64,000 bases of DNA from Clostridiaceae bacterium (GTDB lineage: Bacteria > Bacillota > Clostridia > Clostridiales > Clostridiaceae). The translations under genes and the position numbers were made by a program. The notes beneath the pieces were generated by a model. The model made no database searches, was not told where the DNA came from, and saw nothing but the letters and a program-made list of their open reading frames with translations. This document shows positions 51,375-59,919 of the stretch, piece after piece (the first letter of the stretch is position 1; each line of letters begins with the position of its first letter). The stretch is taken from positions 9,809-73,808 of the forward strand of contig JBFNFA010000002.1 of assembly GCA_040797845.1 (NCBI GenBank), given 5' to 3'.

Positions 51375-51843
51375 ATTTAAAATATCCATCGAAAATACTT
51401 TCTATTTTTTCACTATCCTCTGAAATAATAAATAATATATATCTACCGTTGTTCTTTAATGTATAGTTTTTTGCATTTTCATATTGATCTGGCAGATACG
51501 TTTCAAAGGTTTTTTGTACATCACCTGCACGCTTCTTTATTCCTTCAACTACTTCATCAACGTTTTTTTCATCTTTTACTTTAATTATCGCTAATTCATC
51601 TGCTTTTACATTCATTAATGGGATTTGAACAACAAACTCTTCTATAATATCAGGGTTAACGTAGTATTTTTCTTTTACTTCTTCCTCTTTTAGCTCTACC
51701 ATAGGTGAACTTTCTACCTCATCTTTAATTTTTTCCGCTATTTCTCTAACTGACACATTTACTTCTTTCGTAGTTTTGCCACATCCAAATAGTGAAAGTA
51801 AACTTACAATTAAAAGTAAGAATATAAGTACTTTTTTATTCAC
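51373..51843 (-). CDS. DUF4358 family lipoprotein
   Basis: GGAGGAG SD, GTG at 51843, lipobox LFGC, ADELAIIKVKD, FETYLPDQY. Confidence 0.8.
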   Translation of the reverse strand: MNKKVLIFLLLIVSLLSLFGCGKTTKEVNVSVREIAEKIKDEVESSPMVELKEEEVKEKYYVNPDIIEEFVVQIPLMNVKADELAIIKVKDEKNVDEVVEGIKKRAGDVQKTFETYLPDQYENAKNYTLKNNGRYILFIISEDSEKIESIFDGYFK

Positions 51844-52080
51844 GCTATCTCCTCCTCTTGTAATTAAATATTTAGCTTGTCTCAATATTTAATACGCAAA
51901 GGAAATATAAATAGATATATGATTAGAAATTATTTTTGTACCAATTTCATCCTATAATTATCATCCCAAATGCTCCTATTAAAGTGTGTAAAAGTCATTT
52001 ATATCATAGTAATTACTATGAATTCTAAAACTTTAAATAAAAATTATAAATGCAAATTATAAATACAAATTATAAAATAA

Positions 52081-52115
52081 AAAACTAAGCTACCCATATT
52101 GGATAGCTTAGTTTT
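52081..52115 (-). terminator. Terminator after the MATE gene
   Basis: AAAACTAAGCTA-CCCATATTGGA-TAGCTTAGTTTT. Confidence 0.65.
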
Positions 52116-52198
52116 AATTATTAAGATTCTTATCTTATTAACTATTCTCCATTCACTAGATTTATATTTAAATAGTAGAATGTAAAATTCTATGAAAA

Positions 52199-53593
52199 TT
52201 AGACTGTTGCAGCTTTTTTAGGCTGCTCTAAAGTCTCTTCCTGCAGCATCTCCTTTTTTAAGCTCTTGTTTAACCAAATGGACATTATAAGAGTTTCTAT
52301 AAATGCCAATCCATCCGCTGCCGTTTGACAGAATATTACTCCATTTAACCCCATAAACTTTGGTAAAATATACATCAATGGGATATAAAATATTCCCTGT
52401 CTAGATATAGATAATATAAAAGCTCCCACTGCTTTACCTAAGGCTTGGAATAATACTGCATAGGTATTTATATATCCGAAAAGTGGAAATAATAAACTTG
52501 CTGATCTAAAGGCCTTTATTCCTATATCTATAACCTCTCTATCTCTTGTAAATATGAGCATACACTGCTCTCCAAAAGCTATAAATATAATAGATACAAA
52601 TATGGCAGCAATTGTGCTCCATTTAATAGATATTTTTATAGCTTCTTTTAATCTAGTAAAGTTTTTAGCTCCATAATTATATCCTGCAACAGGTTGGAAT
52701 CCTTGTCCGATTCCAAATACTATATAAAATCCTATAGACATAACTCTAAATACTATACCCATGGCAGCCACTGCTGCATCTCCGTAAGGTTTTGCTCCTA
52801 AATTCATAAATCCTAGAGCAAAGCTTGCCAATACTTGAGTTACAAAAATAGGAATACCTATCTTAAGTATTTCAAAAAACATATTAAAAGTTGGTTTTAA
52901 AAGCTTAATGCTTAATTTTATATAGCTTTTCTTAGAATAATAATATCTTAAAAGAAAAATGAAGGATACTAACTGGGATATAACCGTAGCAACTGCGGCA
53001 CCTTTTATACCCATATTAAATGTAAACATAAATATAGGATCTAGTATTATGTTTATAATACCTCCTATACAAGTAGATATCATACTATATTTTGAATTTC
53101 CTTCTGCTCTAATAGTATTGCTCATTATTGCTGTTCCAATAGTAAAAACTGATCCCAATACTATTGAATATCCATATTCTCTTGCATAGGGCATTATGGT
53201 TTCTGTTGCTCCATACATCAATAAAAAATTATCTAAAAATATTGTAGCGATTACAGTAAAAATTAAACTAAATATACATCCAATTATTATAATAGATGTT
53301 AGAGTCTTATCAGCTTCCTCTTTTTTCTTTTCTCCCAACAATCTTGATAGATAAGAAGCACCTCCTGCACCAAACATAACCCCTATAGCTCCAATAAACA
53401 TAAACAGTGGATATACTATAGATACGGCAGCAATAGCACTAGTATTGTTTAACATACCAACAAACATAGTATCAACTATGTTATAAATAGCATTAATTAA
53501 CATAGCTATTATTGCAGGTACTGATAACTTTAAAAGCACCTTGGATATACTCTCTTTCTCCATCATTTCTGCTGTAGATATTGTGTTTTTCAT
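52199..53593 (-). CDS. MATE family efflux transporter
   Basis: LSVPAII, YNIVDTMFVG, RLLGEK, IRAEGN, NIILDPIF, GIKGAAVAT, QPVAGYNYGA. Confidence 0.93.
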   Translation of the reverse strand: MKNTISTAEMMEKESISKVLLKLSVPAIIAMLINAIYNIVDTMFVGMLNNTSAIAAVSIVYPLFMFIGAIGVMFGAGGASYLSRLLGEKKKEEADKTLTSIIIIGCIFSLIFTVIATIFLDNFLLMYGATETIMPYAREYGYSIVLGSVFTIGTAIMSNTIRAEGNSKYSMISTCIGGIINIILDPIFMFTFNMGIKGAAVATVISQLVSFIFLLRYYYSKKSYIKLSIKLLKPTFNMFFEILKIGIPIFVTQVLASFALGFMNLGAKPYGDAAVAAMGIVFRVMSIGFYIVFGIGQGFQPVAGYNYGAKNFTRLKEAIKISIKWSTIAAIFVSIIFIAFGEQCMLIFTRDREVIDIGIKAFRSASLLFPLFGYINTYAVLFQALGKAVGAFILSISRQGIFYIPLMYILPKFMGLNGVIFCQTAADGLAFIETLIMSIWLNKSLKKEMLQEETLEQPKKAATV

Positions 53594-53797
53594 ATTCTTT
53601 TTTGCCTAATGAAAGCCTAGAAAAGCTTAGACATGCCTCCCTTCATAATTTAAATCTTAATTTTTTAATTTTATTATTATAGCGCTAGGCTTTGATTTTA
53701 TTTTTATAGGTCTTGAAATTAAGAACCACTTGCTAATATACCACGTTATTTTGTTCTTGACAAATACAATTTTAATACCCCTAAAAATTAATATATA

Positions 53798-53825
53798 AAG
53801 GCAAAGAGACTCCCTCTTTGCCCTT
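53798..53825 (-). terminator. Terminator-like hairpin downstream of the ABC operon
   Basis: AAGGCAAAGAG-ACTCC-CTCTTTGCCCTT. Confidence 0.55.
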
Positions 53826-53834
53826 ATACGTTAA

Positions 53835-54035
53835 ATTTATCCGATGACTACCATCCGTAATACTCCCATCGCACTCTGTGAAAGCGATTCACATAAAATC
53901 AAAGATTTTAGTTCTCTGCTTTTCTACAAGTGAAATATAACGGATGCTACGTCCCTGGATAAGTTCTTCTAATCTTCAGCTGGAGTAAGTATTCCTTTTA
54001 AGAAAACTCCATCTAAACCTAAGAATCACTTGATA
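53835..54035. repeat. ~200-bp interspersed double-hairpin repeat (family X, copy 2) with a 51-bp nested insert
   Basis: Homologous to 5128-5324; extra block 53870-53920. Confidence 0.85.
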
Positions 54036-54037
54036 TT

Positions 54038-55003
54038 CTATTTTACAATTAAATCTTCAATATTAATCTCTTTTTCTTGTAGTCCATTCTTTAACATAAA
54101 CTCTTGTGTTCTTTTAAGTTCTTCTATGTCTTTATCACTTATATTGCTATCAAAATCATACCAAGAATACATCTCTTTTGTTTCTTCAGGTGTTAATCCA
54201 ACTTCCTTAGCTGTTATCTCCATAGCTTCATCAAGATTATTATTTATATAGTCAATAGTATCTTTATGAACTTTTTTAAATCTATTAACTACTTCTTTGT
54301 TTTCCTCTAAAAACTTTTCACTTACAGCAGTTACTATAGTACCTTCTACTATTCCTTTTCCATTAGCTACAACTTTTCCTCCTGCCTTTATAGCATTTAA
54401 AGCCGCTGGTCCAGCTAAAAGTGCTACATCTACACTTCCATTATTAAGTGCAGCCAAAGCTTCTGGTATTCCCATATTTATAAATTCTATATCATCCTGT
54501 TTTAGTCCATCCTTTTCTAAGGTTCCAAGTAAAAGTTGATGAAGTACTGTTCCTTTAGGTCCCGCTACCTTTTTTCCTAAAAGATCCTTTGAGCTTTTTA
54601 TATCATCATTCTTTGTTATTATCATGAAAGCTTTAGGCGCTCTACTATATACATTAATTATTTTTAAATCTACTCCATTGGATGCAGCTAAAATAGCAGA
54701 AGTTCCTCCAAGAGCATGTACAAATTGTATTTCTCCAGCAGCAAGAGCTTGAGTTTGTTGAGGTCCTGAGGTTATTTCATGCCACTTTACCTCTATTTTG
54801 TCCTTTTCAAATTCTTTCTCAAAGCTTTCTTTGTTCTTTTCAATTATTGATGGTACATTTAAAGGTGCCTTTACATAAGTTATGTTTATTGGTTTATTAT
54901 TCTCCCCTTTAGCTTTCTTTTCTGTACTAGCACACCCAGCTAATACACTTCCCCCTATAGCAACTGTTAGTAATAATGACAATATCTTTTTTCCTTTTAT
55001 CAT
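54038..55003 (-). CDS. ABC substrate-binding lipoprotein, SsuA/NMT1-like
   Basis: Lipobox LAGC, SGPQQTQALAAG, GKKVAGPKGTVLHQLL. Confidence 0.88.
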   Translation of the reverse strand: MIKGKKILSLLLTVAIGGSVLAGCASTEKKAKGENNKPINITYVKAPLNVPSIIEKNKESFEKEFEKDKIEVKWHEITSGPQQTQALAAGEIQFVHALGGTSAILAASNGVDLKIINVYSRAPKAFMIITKNDDIKSSKDLLGKKVAGPKGTVLHQLLLGTLEKDGLKQDDIEFINMGIPEALAALNNGSVDVALLAGPAALNAIKAGGKVVANGKGIVEGTIVTAVSEKFLEENKEVVNRFKKVHKDTIDYINNNLDEAMEITAKEVGLTPEETKEMYSWYDFDSNISDKDIEELKRTQEFMLKNGLQEKEINIEDLIVK

Positions 55004-55031
55004 GTGTATCCCTCCAATTTATTTATACTAA

Positions 55032-55756
55032 TTAATATTCATCTTTAGAAAGGGTTTTTAAAATGTCTTCCTTAATATATATAAGATTATTTAAAGCTAA
55101 ATTTCTTGGGTAACTTTCCTCTATTCTATAATCTTTTATTACCTTTCCTTTATCCAAAATTATAATTCTATGCCCTAGTAAAATTGCCTCATCTACATTA
55201 TGAGTTACAAAAACTATTCCCTTTTTAGTTTCTTCATATAAATTTATAATTTCTCCTTGAAGATTAGATCTTGTGAAGTAATCCAATGCTGCAAAAGGCT
55301 CGTCCATTAACATTATATCTGGCTCATAAGCAAGGGCACGAGCTATGGAGACTCTGTGAGCCATCCCCCTGAAAGCTGGCTAGGATAAGCTTCTGAAAAC
55401 TTCTCTAACTTCATAAGCTTCAAAAGTTTATCTTCTATTTCCCTATTCCCTTTCTTTAAATAGAAAGTTATATTTTCTCTTACTGTAAGCCAAGGCATAA
55501 GTCTGCTCTCTTGAAATACCATTCCTATTTTAGGTTTAACTTCAACCTTATTCCTATAAAATGATATATTCCCTAAAGTAGCATCTTCTAATTTTGCTAA
55601 TAATCTTAATAGAGTTGTTTTTCCACATCCACTTTTGCCAAGTATTATAGTTATCATATTGCTTTCAATATTTAAATTTATACCCTCTAAAACTCTATAA
55701 CTTTTCCCATTTACTATGTAATCTTTACTTAAATCATTTATGCTATATCCTCTCAT
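55032..55756 (-). pseudogene. SsuB-like ABC ATPase split by a single-base frameshift
   Basis: 55343-55756 has GKSGCGKTT and ends LSGG; 55032-55364 continues MAHRVSIARAL..MDEPF..VTH. Junction is a G5 run (C5 at 55365-55369) where six bases restore the frame. Confidence 0.85.
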
Positions 55757-56510
55757 TATCGTCTACCCCTATGTCCCACACATTAATCCTTTTTACTAAA
55801 ATGGAAAATAAATAATCCATTAAACTTCCTAAAATCCCTATACATAAAATACCCACAATTACTACATCTGACCTTGAAAGCTGCTGTCCATCTAAAATAA
55901 GATATCCTAATCCCGATGAAGCCGCTACCATTTCTGCCCCTATTATAGCTCTCCAACTATAGCCTATACCAAGCCTCATTCCAACTAATATGTTAGGGAG
56001 TGCAGAAGGAACTACTATTTTAAAAAATATATCTTTTTTAGGAAGATCAAAAATTTTTCCTACTTCAATTAATTTTTTATCGCAACTTTCTACGCCTTTT
56101 ATGGTATTTAAGAACACTGGAAAAAAGGAGGCTAATATTATAATTATTATTTTAGACTTTTCCCCAATACCGAACCATAATATAAGCATTGGAACTAAAG
56201 CTAAAGGTGGAGTGTGTCTTATAAACTCTAATGCTGGTTTAAAGTAAATATATATTTTCTTATTTACTCCAAATAAAATTCCAATGGGAATTGCTAAAAG
56301 TAGAGTTATAAAAAATCCTATTAAAACTCTTATTAAGCTATATCCTATATGTTTAAATAAAACTCCTGAAGCCATAAGACTGGCCGCACTTTGAACTACG
56401 GATTGTGGTGAAGGAAGTATATAAGAAGTCCAATAGTTATTTATGCTACCTATATACCATAGAAAAACTATGGCTATAATAAGTATATATCCTTTTAACT
56501 TATACCCCAT
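55743..56510 (-). CDS. ABC permease, SsuC-like
   Basis: ILPSPQSV, IRHTPPLAL, EAA-like loop, AEMVAASSGLGY. Confidence 0.9.
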   Translation of the reverse strand: MGYKLKGYILIIAIVFLWYIGSINNYWTSYILPSPQSVVQSAASLMASGVLFKHIGYSLIRVLIGFFITLLLAIPIGILFGVNKKIYIYFKPALEFIRHTPPLALVPMLILWFGIGEKSKIIIIILASFFPVFLNTIKGVESCDKKLIEVGKIFDLPKKDIFFKIVVPSALPNILVGMRLGIGYSWRAIIGAEMVAASSGLGYLILDGQQLSRSDVVIVGILCIGILGSLMDYLFSILVKRINVWDIGVDDNERI

Positions 56511-57147
56511 CTCCCCTATTACATCCTCCTTTACACAACAGCATCTCTATAAGATTAACTTTTTCCTTTGTTTTCTCTATATTTTTTACCTCTTTTAATA
56601 TTTCTTCTTCTCCGCTTACCTCTGAAATATCTAGGTTTAAATCTCTAAAGAAACCAAGTGGGATAGGCGATTCACTACATCTATCTTCCTTTTTTATATG
56701 TAATCTTTCACATATATCATTCCAGGTTTCAAAAACAATCCTCGTCTTTCCTTCTTTTTCAAATATATGATTTCCCATGTCCTTTAGACAATTACAAGGA
56801 GTAGTTATAAAAAGTCTATTATCTTCGTCATTCTTTATGTATAAATCATATAAAGATCTAGCAGTATGAATTAATATTGGCTCTATTTTAGGTATGTGAA
56901 ATTTACTATGATTTATTTTATTTTCTATGTATTCAATAGCTGCAGGACATCTTGTGTCCAATATTATTTTATCTTCTTTTTCACTACATAAGGTTTTAAA
57001 TTTATTTTTCACCACATCTATTTGACTAGGAGGCTCTACCACTTCATAATCTTTTCTTTTTAGCTCTTGTAATAAATTTTCAAATTTAATCCCATACATA
57101 TTCTTAACAACTGGGTTTATCCAAATATAATTCATGATTAATTTCAT
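56500..57147 (-). CDS. Stand-alone [FeFe]-hydrogenase H-domain-like (Nar1-like) Fe-S protein
   Basis: DTRCPAA, ITTPCNCLK and EMLLCKGGCNRGDG match degenerate H-cluster motifs L1, L2 and L3. Confidence 0.72.
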   Translation of the reverse strand: MKLIMNYIWINPVVKNMYGIKFENLLQELKRKDYEVVEPPSQIDVVKNKFKTLCSEKEDKIILDTRCPAAIEYIENKINHSKFHIPKIEPILIHTARSLYDLYIKNDEDNRLFITTPCNCLKDMGNHIFEKEGKTRIVFETWNDICERLHIKKEDRCSESPIPLGFFRDLNLDISEVSGEEEILKEVKNIEKTKEKVNLIEMLLCKGGCNRGDGV

Positions 57148-57201
57148 CCTTTAAATCTTTTATTTTATATAATATAGCAAACAGTTTTATAATGCTAATT
57201 A

Positions 57202-57216
57202 TGATAATGATTATCA
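57202..57216. promoter_or_regulatory. Fur box upstream of the Fe-S protein/ABC operon
   Basis: TGATAATGATTATCA is an exact Firmicute 7-1-7 consensus TGATAATnATTATCA; 17/19 to the classical box (57203-57221); 55 nt upstream of the start. Confidence 0.85.
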
Positions 57217-57484
57217 ATATCATCATCTGTTACATTTTATCAATTCTATAAAAGTAAGTCAATATATGAATACTACATCATTTCCTCTATTTCATATTTT
57301 ATTACTATATTCCTCTTTTTTCCCTATAATCTATTAAATTTTGCTAGTTTTTTATACAAATATAACTTGATAATATAATTTTTAAGAAATTATTAAGAAT
57401 TTGGACAAATTCCTTTAATAAAATCTCTATAAATCTTTGGTATAATTAATAAATATATGAAACTAATACGAGGTAAGTGATGCT

Positions 57485-58399
57485 ATGAGAAAACTAAAAA
57501 GATTATTTAGAACAATATTTTTTATGATATTTATAGTGGCTATGTTTAAAGTCCTACATAATTTTAATTTTAAAAAAGATGTGCTTCCTGCGTCTGCTAT
57601 GAAAATCTATATTAAAGCTTCCGATGAAGTAAGCGAAAACAAACTTCAAGTAAATTGGAAATATGTAGCCGCATTGGATTCCTTGCGTATAAATAATGAC
57701 TTTTCAAAGGCAAATATAGAGGATGCAAAAAAAATAGCTGATGAATTTTTAGAGGTAAATACTTCAGAAAATAAATTTAAGAATTCTAAATATAAATTAT
57801 TGAGTTTTGATGAAGTTATAAACAAATTTTCCTATACCGATAAAGAGAAGGAGAAAATTTATAAATTTTTAGATCAATTAAATGATAAATATTTAGTTCA
57901 AGTAGATGAGAGTAAAAAAGTCTTCATAGAGGAATTAACTCCTACAGCTATAGACATATATAAAAATTATGATATTCTTCCCTCTGTAGCAATTGGACAA
58001 GCTATTATAGAATCTAATTGGGGTAATTCTACCCTTTCTTCTGAACATAATAATTTATTTGGCATAAAGTCTACTAAGTCATGGAAAGGCAAAACTGTAG
58101 ATATGAAGACTTCTGAAAACTATGATGATACCATAGTTGCTACATTTAGAGCCTATGATTCTCAAAAAGATTCCTTAGCTGATTATGCACAATTCCTTAA
58201 AAATAATCAAAGATATAAAGAAAATGGAGTTTTCAATGCCGTTGATTACATAAATCAAGCTAAAGCAATTGATAAAGCTGGATATAGCACAAAAAAGGAT
58301 GAGGATGGGAAAAATATGTATGCAGATCTTCTCATACAAATTATAAAGGAATATAATTTACAGCTTATCGATAGTAAGGTTCAACAAGAATCTTTTTAA
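57485..58399 (+). CDS. GH73 glucosaminidase-domain peptidoglycan hydrolase
   Basis: PSVAIGQAIIESNWG, NNLFGIK, FRAY, AGYST, YADLL; N-terminal TM. Confidence 0.9.
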   Translation: MRKLKRLFRTIFFMIFIVAMFKVLHNFNFKKDVLPASAMKIYIKASDEVSENKLQVNWKYVAALDSLRINNDFSKANIEDAKKIADEFLEVNTSENKFKNSKYKLLSFDEVINKFSYTDKEKEKIYKFLDQLNDKYLVQVDESKKVFIEELTPTAIDIYKNYDILPSVAIGQAIIESNWGNSTLSSEHNNLFGIKSTKSWKGKTVDMKTSENYDDTIVATFRAYDSQKDSLADYAQFLKNNQRYKENGVFNAVDYINQAKAIDKAGYSTKKDEDGKNMYADLLIQIIKEYNLQLIDSKVQQESF

Positions 58400-58489
58400 G
58401 TACATATTTATTGTTCAAAATTAAAGAACTAACCATATAAACATATTTATAAAATGGTTTTTATATTGTTAAGCCTCTACAAAGATACT

Positions 58490-58746
58490 TCAGTATTCAA
58501 AAGGGGAACTAAGTACATAATGACGTCGTTTCAAAAAGGCACTCCTCCCATTATATACTTAGTTCCTTTATATTTTAAAAATGTATTTTCAAATATAAAT
58601 TTCTACAAGAACAATTTAGTTTTACAAATATAGAGCTAAATATGTAGTGAAGCCGCTCCAATAAAAAGTCGCTTTTTCACTACATACTTAGCTCTTTTGT
58701 ATTTTACAAATATATTTTCAGAATTAGGTTATGACAGATTAGTTTT
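58490..58746 (-). repeat. Hairpin-array repeat (family H), locus 3 left part: A1, A2, C
   Basis: A1 58505-58566; A2 arms 58632-58651/58676-58695; C ends with TTATGACAGATTAGTTT at 58729-58745. Confidence 0.88.
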
Positions 58747-58813
58747 CAACTTGTAATTTTTACAAAAAATATTTGAGTATTCAAAACGAGGATTGAAGCA
58801 CATAACAATTCTC

Positions 58814-59032
58814 TTAAAGGTACTTTTTCAATTCATCTAAGCTATCAATATCAAATATATCCGTAGCTATAACATCAATAGTCTCTTCATCTAAAGCCTT
58901 TATCCTTTGTTTATATTCCTCGGGAATAGATTTAAATTTTTTTATAAGTTGTTTTATAAGAATTTCTGCCTTGCCTTCTTTCATTCCTTCTTTTACTCCG
59001 TCTTCCCTCAACATCTTTCCTATTTCAGTCAT
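58814..59032 (-). CDS. Predicted in-frame internal 72-aa protein (RpnS-like)
   Basis: AAGGAG (59042-59047) lies 9 nt before the ATG at 59032: MTEIGKMLREDG...DELKKYL. Confidence 0.6.
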   Translation of the reverse strand: MTEIGKMLREDGVKEGMKEGKAEILIKQLIKKFKSIPEEYKQRIKALDEETIDVIATDIFDIDSLDELKKYL

Positions 59033-59680
59033 GGACACCAACTCCTTAAATTTTATTTTTGATAATTCATCTCCAAACTTATCAAATAAAGCATATAATA
59101 AGCTTAAACATTGCAATTTTTCATTGCCCTCAGGCATTTTACCTGCTAATTCTATACTGTCTAAGGTTCTTTTGCTTCTACTTTCTTTTCCTCTCATCAA
59201 AGGTATAAAACTTAGTGCTACTATATCTTCACCATTTAAAGTTTCTTCTCTTTCTATCTTATTCTTTAAATACTCCAACTTTTCATCTCCATCTAAGTTT
59301 TTCATATAAAAAGCTTCTATTTCATATTTTATAGTTCCTGCATCTATATAGGTTTCAACATCCTCTATATCCGCTGAATAAATTACTATGGTTCTTATTT
59401 TTCTCTTTTCCTTATAAAAAAGTGATGCATCATAATATAAGAATCTCTTAATATCTTCTTTTTTATCCGTAGTTTGAAATTCAAAATGTAGATAGTTTCC
59501 ATCTTCTGTGTAAAAAAGATAGTCAGTATAGTTAGTTTTAATGTCTATGTTCTTTATTTCAGTTTCTGCCGGAGCTACTATTTTAGTGTCTATACCAAAA
59601 AATTTCACCGCATTATCTTTAAAGAATTCCATAGCCTTTTTTAAAACTGCATCTTCTACTTTATTATAATCCATACTCAT
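58814..59680 (-). CDS. Rpn/YhgA-like PD-(D/E)XK nuclease with C-terminal DUF4351
   Basis: TDYLF...LHFEFQ catalytic-type motif, RFLYY, GVKEGMKEGKAEILIKQLIKKF tail. SD spacing may favour the second Met (59674). Confidence 0.82.
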   Translation of the reverse strand: MSMDYNKVEDAVLKKAMEFFKDNAVKFFGIDTKIVAPAETEIKNIDIKTNYTDYLFYTEDGNYLHFEFQTTDKKEDIKRFLYYDASLFYKEKRKIRTIVIYSADIEDVETYIDAGTIKYEIEAFYMKNLDGDEKLEYLKNKIEREETLNGEDIVALSFIPLMRGKESRSKRTLDSIELAGKMPEGNEKLQCLSLLYALFDKFGDELSKIKFKELVSMTEIGKMLREDGVKEGMKEGKAEILIKQLIKKFKSIPEEYKQRIKALDEETIDVIATDIFDIDSLDELKKYL

Positions 59681-59748
59681 CCTCTCTTTCTACTGGTAAT
59701 TAAATATTAGGTATATACCATATTATTTCCAATAGGAAAAGATTTATG

Positions 59749-59762
59749 CGAATGTATGTTCG
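59749..59762. promoter_or_regulatory. LexA (SOS/Cheo) box upstream of the rpn gene
   Basis: CGAATGTATGTTCG matches CGAACRNRYGTTYG at 13/14; about 70 nt upstream of the start. Confidence 0.7.
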
Positions 59763-59919
59763 AAATTTATATTATGACGGATTAGTTTATCAAATATTAG
59801 TTCTTATAATTTATTGTATAAAACTTAAAACTGCTATGTAATGTACTCTATGCAATTGATTAAAATCTAGAAATTCTTATTACAACAAGACAGCATAAGA
59901 GGCATTATGTAACATTTTT
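59763..59919 (-). repeat. Hairpin-array repeat (family H), locus 3 right part: C, B
   Basis: 59763-59878 aligns with 51261-51374; full B hairpin 59821-59919 aligns with 47741-47882. Confidence 0.85.

Noticed and set aside
52041-52078. Three tandem ~13-bp AAATTATAAAT units
   Set aside because: Low-complexity AT-rich slippage; no further structure.
48049-58610. AAATTTCTAC in the H linkers resembling the Cas12a repeat stem
   Set aside because: No matching GTAGAT arm, no regular repeat-spacer periodicity and no cas genes. No CRISPR array is seen anywhere in the window.
59903-59915. ATTATGTAACAT resembling the XerD arm of a dif site
   Set aside because: No XerC arm at the correct spacing; it is explained as a module B arm.
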